A DNA stretch of 55,033 bases, counting the filler, from Gonapodya sp. JEL0774 (taxonomy: Eukaryota), in assembly GCA_027604505.1 (NCBI GenBank). It is 2 parts of 2 records of this genome, joined end to end, with 100 filler letters (N's around TTAATTAATTAA, not from the genome) between each part and the next. Parts side by side here need not be neighbours in the genome. Positions count along the whole stretch, not along the records: positions 27,822 to 55,033 come from JADIIX010000215.1; 1 more part is not named here. The stretch is one strand, 5' to 3'. Positions 35,376-47,226 of this stretch are shown piece after piece. Both the position numbers and the translations under genes were made by a program. The notes under the pieces were generated by a model. That model saw nothing but the letters and a program-made list of their open reading frames with translations, did no database searches and had not been told where the DNA came from. Position 1 is the stretch's first letter, and every line of letters begins with the position of its first letter.

Positions 35376-37901
35376 ATGGAGAATGCAACAGAATTTCCTC
35401 TTCCGTGGGAGCAGACTGACTCAGAGAATGCCTCCACCGCGTACTTGGAGACTAGAATTCACCACGACGCAGAGAGTGCGTCACAAGAGATCCATTCCAA
35501 CTCAACTCTAGCGACCATATCCGCACCGTTGCAGAGGCCGACTTTCTTCCTTGCACCACGACCCTCAAGCACTTTGTCGTCCTCTTCAGGATCAGATTCG
35601 GATTGTGAATCACTCTCCTTGCCTTTGCAAGACAGCAATGATCAAGATGACACCATTGCCGAATTGACCACTTCATCCATACTCTTTGTCGACTTGGTCG
35701 AACACCCCCAACGGATGGTGGAGGACACTGGGAAAAGGCCTCGATCCACCCGAACACGTTCAGCGCCTTCGCTCTCACTGTCCTCTTCCTTCGGCACCCT
35801 ACCCGGTGCCCGAGCTCGGGCTCGATCATCTTTTATAGGAAGTTCATTTCGCTTACGGTCGTCAATCACGGAAGGTTTGGAGGGACTTCCACAACCTGTG
35901 TTCCGTCGTCCCACGTCGCTTCTCCCAACCGCATCAGCGATATTAGCACCAAGCGGTGAAGCCGTGCCAGGAGATGACTCTCTCTCTGTGGAGCTACCGT
36001 TCACTGGAGAATACATCGAACAAAACACGACAACGAATGTCCCTTCCCACGGGAACTGCTCCACCTTCTTCAGGGTGCAATATGCGGTGCCAGTGCCGAA
36101 GCATCAAGCGGTGGAAGAGTATAGAAGGAATGCTTCCCGAACAACCGACATGAAACTTAAGGTAAAATATCGTGACTTACCAAGCAAACCAGCGAACGAC
36201 TCTGACGTGGCCCCCCAATTCAAAACCCTTCTGGCTTGTTTGTTCAAATATATGCATGTTTTTTTAGTTCGAGTTCGCCGCCTTCCTGATCCACTTTGCT
36301 TTCTCCCCCCAATCGCCGCTGCCAGACACGAAGCCAGGGAGTCCAACAACCCCTTCTGCTGCCAACAGCACTACCCCGCAACAATCAAGCATTTCTTACA
36401 CAGAAATGCAACTCGAAGTTCTCCGAGATGCTTTCAATGCTTTCAAGGAATTGGCGGTGAAAGGATATGGACCAGCGTGCGAATACCTTGGGGCGACATA
36501 CGAACAAAATGGCATGTGGAAGGAGGCAGTGAAGGTTTGGATGCGGGGGGTGAAGGTATGTTTGCTTCAATGTCAAGCTTTTGATACGGCTATAAGTTTC
36601 GTTTTCTTTTCACTACGCTTTTCGCAAGTCCAAACACCCACCGTGCTGCCATAATCTCGCGCGTGCTTTTGAGCACGGCGTGGGTGTTCACAAAGTAGAT
36701 CTCGCAAAAGCTAGCACATTGTATCGGAAAGCCGCGAGGTGTGTTCATGAGGTGCTTCGGAGGCGTCTGACTGATCACGGGATGACACACACGCCTTCGT
36801 TTGTGCACTCAACCAGTGGTTCCTATGGACCTGCACTCCTCCGGCTTGCTCGCGCGCATCTCCGCTTCAATCCTGTCGACTTGGCTTTGACACAATCCCA
36901 ACCCTCCAAAATTCCCCGATCTCCGACAAACAGTCACACACGGCGGACACAAGAAGATCTGAAGCGCGCTCTTCAATACCTCCACAGAGCGGTAGCACTC
37001 AACAATCACGCTGAATCGGCGGTGTTATTAGCTGCCCTTTATGTGAGTTCCATATCTTACGTGCGAACGATTAACTCGCGCATAACACCATCTGCTCCAC
37101 ATACGCAAACAATAGGATCCTCTCACCCATCCTCTCTTTTCACCCGGTCCTCTCCCACCACCTGATCCAGAGTATGCCGCCACCAATCTCCTCATAGCCG
37201 CCCGCAACGGCTCTCCTGAAGCTTGCGCTCGCCTGGGAAGCGCTTGCGAGCGTGGCGAGCTCGGAATGACCCCCGATGTGATCGAGGCAGTTACTTGGTA
37301 CGAGCGAGCGATCAGTGCAGCTGGTGTGGACGAAGGGGAGTTCACAGATGCCGGAGCAAGTCCGAAAGATGCGGTACGCCCACTTGACCCTGCCGCATCA
37401 GCGGCGGCGTTCGCGATCAGTAGACTCCTAATGAACGACGCAAGATTCAGTGCCCCCGCCCTAGCAAATGTGAGAAGGGCCCACTTTCTCGCACTCCGAG
37501 CAGCACAGGCGGGGTACGCCCCTGCGGAATTGGCTGTAGCATGGTTTCTAGAGAGGGGAGCAGGTTGCGCTGCCGATCTGGGTTCTGCGAGGTTATGGGT
37601 GCTACGAGCCGCGAAGCATGGAGATCGAAGTGCGATGGATTTTGTAAGCGAGTGGATGGAAAACCGAGACGAGGTAATGGTCAATGATACTGGCGGTGAC
37701 AAAAGAGTGATGAATGATTGCATTGGGGTGAATGTTGCTTGTGGAGGAGCGGAGATGCATATGAGTACAGTGCGGGACACATTGAGCAGCTTGCAGAGTT
37801 CTGGTATTGATATCAGCAATCGAGAAGACTCGAACGTGTCAGGTGTATTTCGATCCTTGATGATTAAGATGAAGGAAGCGATGAAGACTGTCGTTGGATA
37901 G
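35376..37901 (+). CDS. Sel1-like repeat protein with disordered N-terminus (Skt5/Chs4-like chitin synthase regulator family)
   Basis: Repeats such as ACEYLGATYE, CHNLARAFEHGVGVHKVDLAKASTLYRKAA, ACARLGSACERGELGMTPDVIEAVTWYERA and AAQAGYAPAELAVAWFLERGAGCAADLGSARLWVLRAAKHGD. Confidence 0.72.
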
Positions 37902-38016
37902 CATGGTAACATTTATCGGAGGATACCGTCAGGCTCGAGGCAATAGGCGCAGTCGTGGGAAAAATTTGCATTGAAGATTCAGATACTAAATGATGATCAT
38001 CTTGAAGAAATGTTTC

Positions 38017-40389
38017 CTACGCCAGAAGTTCCTTCATGTATATTGCCGTTACTCCGTTCCCGCACTGTAAGACCAGAATATCTTCAGGAATTGATTTCCA
38101 AAGAATCGAAGCACTTAAGCGCTCACTCACCACGGCCTTTTGCTCCGCCTGTACTGCCCTTCCCTTCCCTGGGCCCTCCTTGATGACCACTTTTCCTTTC
38201 CCTGCCAATTGCAGCCTCCCCACCACCGCAGCACCTTTCACCCCATCCGGCAGATCCCCTTGGTAGAAGCCATCCATATAGCTTGGAGAAGGGAGGTTCG
38301 TGCGTCTCTTTTCTCGCCCTGTGATTGCGCCTGATTTGTCCCGTAGGAGTTTCGTGACGTTAAGTTGGTACGAGGTGCCGGCGCCCCATATTAGCGCGTC
38401 ACGGCCGTACTTGTTTGGTGATAATGGATGAAAACAAGAGGTGGGGTGAACAGCGATTCCGCGGTTGGTGAGGGGGATGATGTACTCACCTCAACCGCTT
38501 CTCGTCCGGGCGTGTGATCGAGAAGCGCATTATCCAAGGTCGCTACGCAGTGCCCGGCGCCGCAAGATATATCCTGGAAAAACAATACTCGATTGACAAC
38601 AGCTCAAAAGCGCATGGGTCAACAACCACATCCGTCCGACTCACGTATATCCGAATTGGTACAACTCTCTTTTTCGACTCACTGTACTCCGACAGATTTG
38701 AGAGTCCTCTGACTTTGGCAGGGATCGCCTGAATGTGTGGATAGATGCCTGTGCCAAGCTGCAATCACGAGAAAACTTCAATTTTAAACGCGTTTTTATG
38801 ACCACTTCGTTGCGCAAACATACCTGGCCTTGAATCCCGCCCCCTGCTGCCATAACTTCAACACTCGAAGGAATTTCGGGCGCCTCACCCACCAAAAAGG
38901 TTATTCCTTCCCCAGTCGCCACCTTTGTCACAACCATTTCCACCGGTCTCGCTCGACCGTGCACAATTTCCAATTCCTCGCCCTTTTTGTTTTTGGTTGG
39001 CGAATGGAGACTCGAAGTGGATGAACGCGGCCATATTTCGCGAGGAGTGGAGATGCGAGCTAGGTCAAGTGAATATTCGAGTGTGGCGAGTTGCTGAGAG
39101 TCGAACAACAGATTGTGAGGAGTTATGACTCGAATCCTTTGCACAAAGGGCAACTCACACCAAACCCGTTCCCACCCCACCCGTACGCCCTCCCATCCGC
39201 GGTTCTAACAACGTTGTGGTCTGCACCGGCAGCGGCTTCTACAATCGATGTACGCGGCAAGGAGGTTACAGGACGGAGAGCGGGTGTGGACTATGCATGA
39301 AGGTTATGTGGATCTCGTCAATATAGGCCATTACCTTAGGCAAAAGAAACCTCTGACAAGATCTCACCACATCGATCCCGTCTCCTGCCCGTTTTCCAGA
39401 GTATCCAACTCCAAGCTGACCATTATCATTTCCACGATCGTCTGCCGGAAGTGTGAAGCACCTTCCGCGGTTCGAAAGGGCGAGGAGGTGATGGTAGCCG
39501 GCGCTTATAGACGAAATGCTGGGAAATGGAGGGTGAACAAGAGTTGGGGGGACGGGCGCAGGAGAGGAGGCTTGCAAGAGGAGTGCACTTACCGTTCACC
39601 AGACTCAAGTCCTTCAATAGTGACACGACGTACATTTGGATCATTTAATTCGGAGCCCACGAACAAGCTCGAGAGCCAGTTTGACTCTTGGGGTTTATCT
39701 GCAGGGATTTGGTTTTCTGCACCTGGATCCCTGGCAGTCCCCCCAATTGAGTAGTCCACCTCCCACACCGCTCCGTCCTTCCCAACGGCGTAGGTTTTCG
39801 AGTCAGTTAACGCAATTCCTACAACCTTTTTACCTTTGAGAGTCTTTCTTGCCTCGCCGGACCCGCCCACTCCGCTGCCCCACTCCCAGACGGTGCCCTC
39901 AAAATCCACCGCTGCTGCTCGTGATTCAGAGAGAGCAACGTCGCGGAGGACCCACCCTTGGAAGTTTGGATGAGCCACTGGTGCGCGTTGGGTGCCGCCG
40001 CCTCCAGCAGGGGAAACTAGTTTGTTCCCATTGTTTCCCCACAGGAACAAGCTGGGGTTGGCTCGCGCACGAAGCACCTGGTCATTGGCGTCCTCCGAAT
40101 GCTCTGATATGTCTGTTATATTGCGACCTTGGTACGGTGATGGCGTTGTAGCCGCCCCTTCTGCAAGCACTGTCCTTGAGTCATCATCACGAAGAAGTAC
40201 TACGGCAGAAGAGGCGAGGAGGGAGAGAATAAATGCAGCTGGGAGAGATGAAGACTGACGGTTGGATGACGAAGATGAAGTAGATCGACGAGGGGTCGTA
40301 GTTGTGGTGAAGAGATGACGATGCGACGTGGCCAGAATGCTCGAGGCTGGGCAACATAAAACAAGTGCTCGATGAGAAAACTTACTCAT
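38017..40389 (-). CDS. Mitochondrial RCC1/BLIP-II repeat protein, Fmp25(Bca1)-like
   Basis: Arg/Ser/Thr-rich presequence-like N-terminus plus one hydrophobic helix. RCC1 repeats LFLWGNNGNKLVSP, LRDVALS, ISSISAGYHHLLAL...GNDNGQLGVG, GGGIQGQ, ISCGAGHCVATLDN. C-terminal GRLQLA...CGNGVTAIY. Confidence 0.8.
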
Positions 40390-40896
40390 TCGCGGCAATC
40401 TGCAAAGCACATTCGCATCGTGGATAACCAATCGCACGCCTGCGCCTTGGAGGACTCCGATGAACAGTCACTCATGCAATACACCAACCTTTCACAGAGA
40501 CTCGAGGACCCATTCCCATGGCTCCGCTTACGGCATCCATGGCGTTTCTCTTTGCGATCCGTGCTACAGACAAGCGGTTCATCGTCATTTCAGGGTGGAT
40601 GAGTGATTTTAGACTGTTGTGGTCTGATGAGATCCAATCGGGTTCCTTCACCAGTTGTGATGGGCACCTCTCAACGACACCACACGCATATGTACGTATT
40701 TACGTCATGGAGCATCCTTACACCTCAACGTGGAGACCTCAGACAATTCAAGTGTCCCCATAGTGACTTTCACTGTGCGCTCATCTTGGTGCTGCTGGAA
40801 CAATTCGGACAAGAAACGAACGGGGATTGTGCGAGAATATATTTGCGAACCTCCAGCGCGCCTGTCAGTCCAGGGAGGAATAGTGGTCACTCACAC

Positions 40897-40920
40897 ACCC
40901 CCCCCCCCCCCCCCCCCCCC
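40897..40920. repeat. Poly-C homopolymer
   Basis: Run of about 23 C in intergenic DNA. Confidence 0.9.
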
Positions 40921-41497
40921 TGTTTCAGGCACTCACTCGGGCTAAAGGTTATTGACGTAAACGAAGCCAATGCTAGCGCCAGAAGTTGGAGGGACCGGCG
41001 AGCAAAGTTCTGAAATCAAAAAGTGCATGGAGGGATGAACCCATAATTGCATTATTCACTTACTCCACGTCACATCGGTTAGACAATCAACTGTCACTCG
41101 CCCGCCCGTAGCAACACTTCGCTGGATGCTTTGTCAAGTCTTAAAGTACTCTTGGTCCGTCCAGGCACTCCTTGAGGTCAGGGTACCAAGAGTCAAGTCT
41201 CTTATAGAACCGGGTTTGAGACAGTGAACCAAATTCTTCCAAATCTCCCACCCGAGTCCCAAGTAGAAAGCAGAAGCCTCATACATTTTGCTAAACAGAT
41301 TCTAAAGATGCAGATTTTGATATGTGGTATGTTAACTTGTGTAGCAAAATGTCCACTTTGCGCTTGGAAAAGTAGAATGCCATCTCCTCCATCAGATCAT
41401 GATAGGAACGGTGAAGTTCAAGTCACTGACATAGGCAAAGATGGACACGGTGAGCACCGGTAACACGAGCCTTGCATTACTAATGCTGTTCAACGTA

Positions 41498-43524
41498 CTA
41501 CACCAGCAGATTAGGCGTTTTTGAAATCACGCTCAAGCCCCTCACCACGCTGGGTGTCCCGGAGAAAGCCACTTGATTATATAGATCAGCAACATCAGCA
41601 GCCGGTGTGGTAGACCACATCAACGAAAGGACTCCGGCAACATGTGGAGCCGCTGGGTGTTGAGAAGCAGGACAATTGTCGCTTGTATTGACTGGAATTG
41701 GCGAACGTCTTAATGAGCGACGGGAATCAACTTACCAAATGATGTTCCGCGAAGGCTTGCCACGCTCCCATTGGCGAATATTGAGGTAATTCCCGATCCT
41801 GGTGCGAACACGTCCTACATATCGAAACCCAATCCGAAAACTGGTTACAATCAGATTCCCATCCACTTAACCACGGTTACTTACGGTGCATGGACCAAAA
41901 TTAGAGTAGTTTGCGTCGAAATCCCTCTGATCGGTCGCGCCGACTGCAATCGCTCCTATGGCTGATGCCGGGGAGGTCTGACACGTATCATCGGCGTCAT
42001 TTCCCGCTGCCGCCTGCATTTCCAAATACCGATCAGAGTTAAACTAGAAAGTGCAGCATGCCTTTGATACTACAACCTACCACAAGTGCTATGCCAACAC
42101 TGTACAACACGTTGACAACATTGTTCAGAACACTACTGAGCGGTCCGCCCACACTCATTGTGATGACCGTGTTTGGCGCGGCGAGCTCGGTGACGTTGTT
42201 GTACGTTTGGTTGAATACCCAAGCAAGCCCTCGAATGAGATTCGAGGTCCGCCCTTCGCCGTTCTGATCGAGGCACTTCACCGACACGAACGTGACGTTT
42301 TTAGCAACACCATAGGTCGAACCTGCGGATGGAGAGTCAGTGGGGCCAGTGTGAATCAGAGAAAGGCAATGTAGATGATCGACCTCCAATAATGCCGGCC
42401 ACAAAACTCCCGTGTCCAGCGTCGTCAACAGTGACATTGTTAATAACATTCGTACCCCACTGAGCTCTTCCACCGAATTCAGAGAGGTCCGTGTTTATCC
42501 CTCTATCATTTGGGGTTAGAAGAGGATCGTTCTACTGCGACGAAGGTCCAAGGACTCACGTGTCGAGAACATACACAGTCACACCTTTTCCTGCGGTGGC
42601 GGGATAACGAAACAAGTTGTCGAGAGGAAGATTGCGTTGATCAATGCGGTCTAAGCCCTGCAACGTGCATAAGTTGACGAACATGTCCCTCCGAGCAAGC
42701 AACAACTTATCGATTGACCTACACACCCAACTCGGGGGATTAACCTGCGTCTGTATCGCGATCGAAGCTGAGGTAGACGCTGTTGGACCACTCGAAGAAC
42801 TTGATGAAGAAGCGGAGCTGCTCAAGGGAGTGCTCGGAATGGGCTGTTCTGTGGGCACCCTCACGATGTCGGTTGCAGAGCCGGTGAAAGCTGACGTTCG
42901 TGGATCTGCTCCAACTACTGTTGTTGTAACGATCATCGTGCTATCAACAATTGTAATTGTCGTGGTAGGTTCCCCAATCGGACTTGGAGCCTGCCGAGGA
43001 GCAACAATTCTTGGATAGAGAAATGCACGGAGTGCTCTGGAGTTCAGCGAACTGGCTGTTTGGGCCCCCGTAAACCCCCAAGAATATGGGTTAGCCACCT
43101 TTACAGGGGAATCTACTTCCACCGCTTCAATATCTGGATGAGATGACAAAGCTTCTGCCGCTCTGTGGTCAGCGGTAAAGACGAAGCCTTCCACGCGGGA
43201 AAGTCCTCTCTCGTCTCCTCGGCGATAGAACTTCTTGGAATCGATGACTGGAAATCCAATGGCGAAATGCTCAACATCCAAGAGTCCAAGAGAATCTATG
43301 TGGCGCTTGACAACGTGATGCGCACGATTCGAAGGCTTTAGAACTGCGATATAGCCAGACACATGAGGCATATCATCCACGCCACTGCCATATTTATCCA
43401 CACGTGATGACTGAGTAGAGAGAAGGAGCGATCCACTGAGAAAAATGGCCGCGATGACAAAGGCGGGAGATGACGTAGTTCCTTCTCCATTCCTGCGTGG
43501 ATGCCCCCGAGAAGAACCTGTCAT
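41498..43524 (-). CDS. Subtilisin-like serine protease (S8A, proteinase K type) with I9-like prodomain and S/T-rich linker
   Basis: Hydrophobic N-terminal segment; prodomain YIAVLK...LSSHPDIEAVEVDSPV; W|GLDRIDQR...AGKGVTVYVLDT|G (Asp); GHGSFVAG (His); TYGVAK; AAGND; SPAS; SNFGPC; DVFAPG; GTSF|AAPHVAG (Ser); ends TPNLLV*. Confidence 0.9.
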
Positions 43525-44117
43525 GTCTTCCGGTGGAAAAAGAAACGGTAAAGTCGCGCAGGCGCGACTGCTATGCAAATTTGATTGAAACAGGTTTAGA
43601 GATTTCGCCCCTCGGTTTGGTGCGACGTGACAGAAGAAAATTTATCTCCACTACACTTTCAATCTTCGTCAGATACTTTAATCCCATCACCGCCTCTGCA
43701 ATCTTCTTCCACAGCTTTGCAGCCACGTTCTATCCTTCGTGCTCACAAATGGGACTGAACACGTTTGAACAGGCCTCAAACGAAGTTACTTCTGTGATTT
43801 TATCAAGAATGACTTTGACTGATACACAGCTCGAATTGTTTGCACTCTCTCAAAAGTTTTTTCGTTCCAACTGGTTTTGGGGACACCAATTGAAAGTCAA
43901 TCGTTGAGTGGCTCACTCACTCCCGCCCTCTGAACCTTGTGATAAGTTCAATCTCAAGTAAATTTGCTTAAGCGCTTTTTGATTTGATGCGTTCAACTTT
44001 GCGATCATGGCTTGAGTTCCCGCATCGCATCAATACATGATACTCCGGATTGCGAAGACGGCCCCCAGTACTTAAAAGGCGCCATTCCCCTGACCGAGCT
44101 ATCCCCCTCCATCCACA

Positions 44118-46623
44118 ATGATCACAGATTCCGACAACCCTACAAACCTCCACGTATTTGTCCGCAAGTCTCGGCCCACGGATTTGGTGATGGAAGCCCA
44201 GTTCGACGGGGCGACGTCTGACGAGGTGCGGTGGTCACCTTTGATGTCATCGCTCCGCAATGCCCGCGACTAAAGTTGGACGAGATGGCGCTGCAATCTT
44301 TGTCAACAGCTGTACCAGTGTTTCACGAACGACGCCATCGGTACCAAGCTTTGGGGGGATTACACGATCGAACTGACTCCGGGGGGGAAACTCGGCGGAG
44401 CTAAGGGGACGTGTAGGTTTTTTCGTCAAACCTTGTTACTGGTCCAAATCAAGAGACACAAAAATCGAACGGGTTGCTCTAGTTTCGGGACAGGTCATTG
44501 CGTTCGAAGCTCCCAAGTACTTGTGTGAGTGGGTCGCTGTCAGAATTTCCACGTTGCACAACCACCAAAATCACCAAAATGAAAAACCATGTTTCCAATC
44601 TACATCTCCACCTCAGCCTTCACGTTCTCCATGAACCCATCCGACACAAAAAACCCCCCGGTCTGCACCTTCATCTTCGATGAGTACCGTCGCGGATCAC
44701 GAAGTGGGGCGTCGGTCACGCTGGTGAAATCGGGAATAACGGCGGAGGAGAAGGACGTCCTCGCCAAAGGATGGTCAGTAAAAGGCAAACAGCACCAGGT
44801 GGACACAGTACTGTTTAATCCTCCCTGACCCCTCTCCTACATACTGCTCTACCCCACCACCCCCCTCATAGGGAAGACTGGTGGTTCATCCCGTTCGCCA
44901 AGCACCTCCAGACACCGCGAAAACGCCCGAGTATGGACGAGCCCCCCACCAATGGTGTCAAAAAGGCTAAGACCGATCAGGACACGAACGCTAACGGAGT
45001 GTCCGAGGAGGTCCCAGAGCTCGCCAAGCAAGGTATCGGAAGACCATGTCACTGGGATATCCCTGTCAAGGTGTGTTTGCATTCGTTACGTGTTCTTTGA
45101 GGGTTTGAGTGTGCACTTTCACCCATACACACACGACCACGTCGGCGATCTGCAGGACATGTCACGCGCCTCCAAGTTTTACACGTCTGCTCTTGGCTGG
45201 CATGTCACTTCGTGGATGGATAACTACGCTCTCTTCAATCCCAACGCTGAAGGAAAGAAAGAAGGTGAGCGGTCGCAGCCCGCAGAACTTGCCGTCCCCA
45301 CCTCCTCAACTCCACCGGGAGCTGAATCTACGCTCACCGTCTGTACGTAGGGAAGCAGTTCCTTGCGGGCGGTCTGTTCCTCGTCAGTGCCGACACACAC
45401 ATCGCGCCGGGCATGGAAGTGTACCTTGCTGTCGAGAGCATCGACGCGGCGATAGGTAAGGTGGTCAAGGCCGGCGGGAAGCAACTCGGGAAGAAGGAAC
45501 TCGTAGGTTGAGGGCGGGCGTCAGTCATATATGTCTACGGTGGTTGGTTGAAGCAATATGCACCGTGTCCGTACAACCTCAAAACAGGTGAAGGGCGACC
45601 CGGGAGGTGGGAAGCACATGCTGTTCGAGGACACGGAAGGGAACGCGCATTACCTCTACGAAGTGAGTTGTCCCGGTTGGCGACCCGGTTGCCCGCCTGG
45701 GTGACCCACGCACCTGTGCCGGCAACTTTGAACCGAATTCGGACTCAGCGAGTTCGCACTTTTGCTTCTTTCCGTTCTCTTGATTATTTTTGTCTCTTTC
45801 TTCCATGTTCTCCGTTCCAGTTCGCGTCCCCCGAGTCGTACACCTCGTGGTCCCAGCCACATCCCCAGGACGGTGCCTTCGCGTGCCACATCGAGATCCC
45901 GGCGCAGGACGAGGAAAGGTTCGAGAGGTTTTATAAGAAGTTGTTTGGGTGGTCGTTTGGAAAGATGCCGGGCGGGTACACGTGGTGGGCGTGGAAGGGG
46001 GTGTCAGGAGGTGAGCTGAGGGCGGGGGGGGGGGCCTGTGTGCGTGCGAATGGAAGCACGCGGGACTTTCATGACCGTTGCTTCTGACACCTGGCACCCG
46101 TTTCCGTTTCCTTCCTCCGTCACCCGCCGAACCTAACCACGACCCTGCGAACCATAACCACAGCGCCTGGTCTGCCTCCCCTGGAACCCGCCGGGGGTCT
46201 GATCAAGCCCAAGTCCGTGGACCCTCCTGCGCACCTCGCGAGACCCGTGCGGGGAAAGAAGAACGGTTCCGGATCCCCTGCCGGCACCGCCAAGGAGACG
46301 AGTCAGAGGCTGTTCGTGTTGGTTGATGATATCGAGGGGTGGGAGAAGAAGGTGAAGGAAGAAGGGGGTGAAGTGATCAAGCCCGTGTTTTTGATCCATG
46401 AGACTGGTGAGTGGACACGGTGGGGGTAAAGTGATGCGATGATGATGTCGACAAGAGTTTCTGTGGTTCCTGCACGTGTACGTGTGGGTTCATTTTCTTT
46501 CACTCTCTTCCCATTCCTTTTTTTGTGTATTTCGCACCAGTGGGGTGGAACTCCCAGTGCCGCGATCCGGAGGGGAACGAACTGTGGCTGTTCAAGCCTG
46601 CACCCAAAAGAGAAGTGAAGTGA
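44118..46623 (+). CDS. SRPBCC/AHSA1-like domain + NLS-like linker + two VOC (glyoxalase/bleomycin-resistance) domains, copy 1, 10 exons
   Basis: SRPBCC: LVMEAQFDGATSDE|LYQCFTND...IELTPGG...FSGQVIAFEAPKYLSFTF...VTLVKSG...AKGW|EDWWFIPFAKHL. VOC1: PCHWDIPVK|DMSRASKFYTSALGW...GGL...VYLAVESIDAAIGKVVKAGGK...FEDTEGN. VOC2: ACHIEIPAQDEERFERFYKKLFGW...GGL...LVDDIEGWEKKVKEEGG...CRDPEGNELWL. All introns are GT-AG and preserve frame. Confidence 0.85.
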
Positions 46624-47176
46624 AGTATTCAGGGTGGGAATAGAGGGTTCAGCGGGGACGTGTACATAGTACGGGGGTGGTGATTGTGGCGACGGATTTT
46701 TTCAGTTCGCAAATGAGTAATCGGTCATTGTCTTGTTTCGGTTTGCTTGTTTCTGTCAATTGTGAATACATCATTTGTTCAAGAAAGCGTGATGTGCTGC
46801 TTTCAGTATGTTGTAGTGGTATAATGTCTGGAGAGTTCCGTCATTGCAAACCCAGTGGTGCGCCGGCGGCTCACTATACCATCATGATCCCCTCTGACTC
46901 TAGTGATAATAAGTTCGACATCACGTTGCAAACAGTACGAATCAGCTTCGCACATGCTTTCCATTGCCGGTTATCCAGTTATGCGCGAGTTGGGTGGTGG
47001 CAATGCTGCTAAAAGTCGGGAGGTGACTCTTCGCTCGCAAACAGTATTTATACAGACGGGCAAACTTGCTTGAAGAATGAACATCCAAATTTCACAGTTT
47101 TATTTGTTTTGCGCTTGTGGTTTGATTTCCCTCATCGCATCAACACGTGAATCTCTGGATTGCGAAGACCTCCCCA

Positions 47177-47186
47177 ATATATAACA
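47177..47186 (+). promoter_or_regulatory. TATA-like box upstream of copy 2 (equivalents at ~44069 and ~50102)
   Basis: ATATATAAC about 45 nt before the ATG. Copy 3 has ATATAAAC and copy 1 has TACTTAAAA at the same position, each followed by ggcgcc. Confidence 0.45.
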
Positions 47187-47226
47187 GGCGCCGTTCCCCC
47201 GACCGGGCTATCCCCTTCCGTCCACA

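Noticed and set aside
41483..41500. Subtilisin ends TPNLLV*YVEQH*, hinting at readthrough or an alternative genetic code
   Set aside because: Other genes here terminate normally at TAG/TAA/TGA and lack internal stops; a single case is insufficient.
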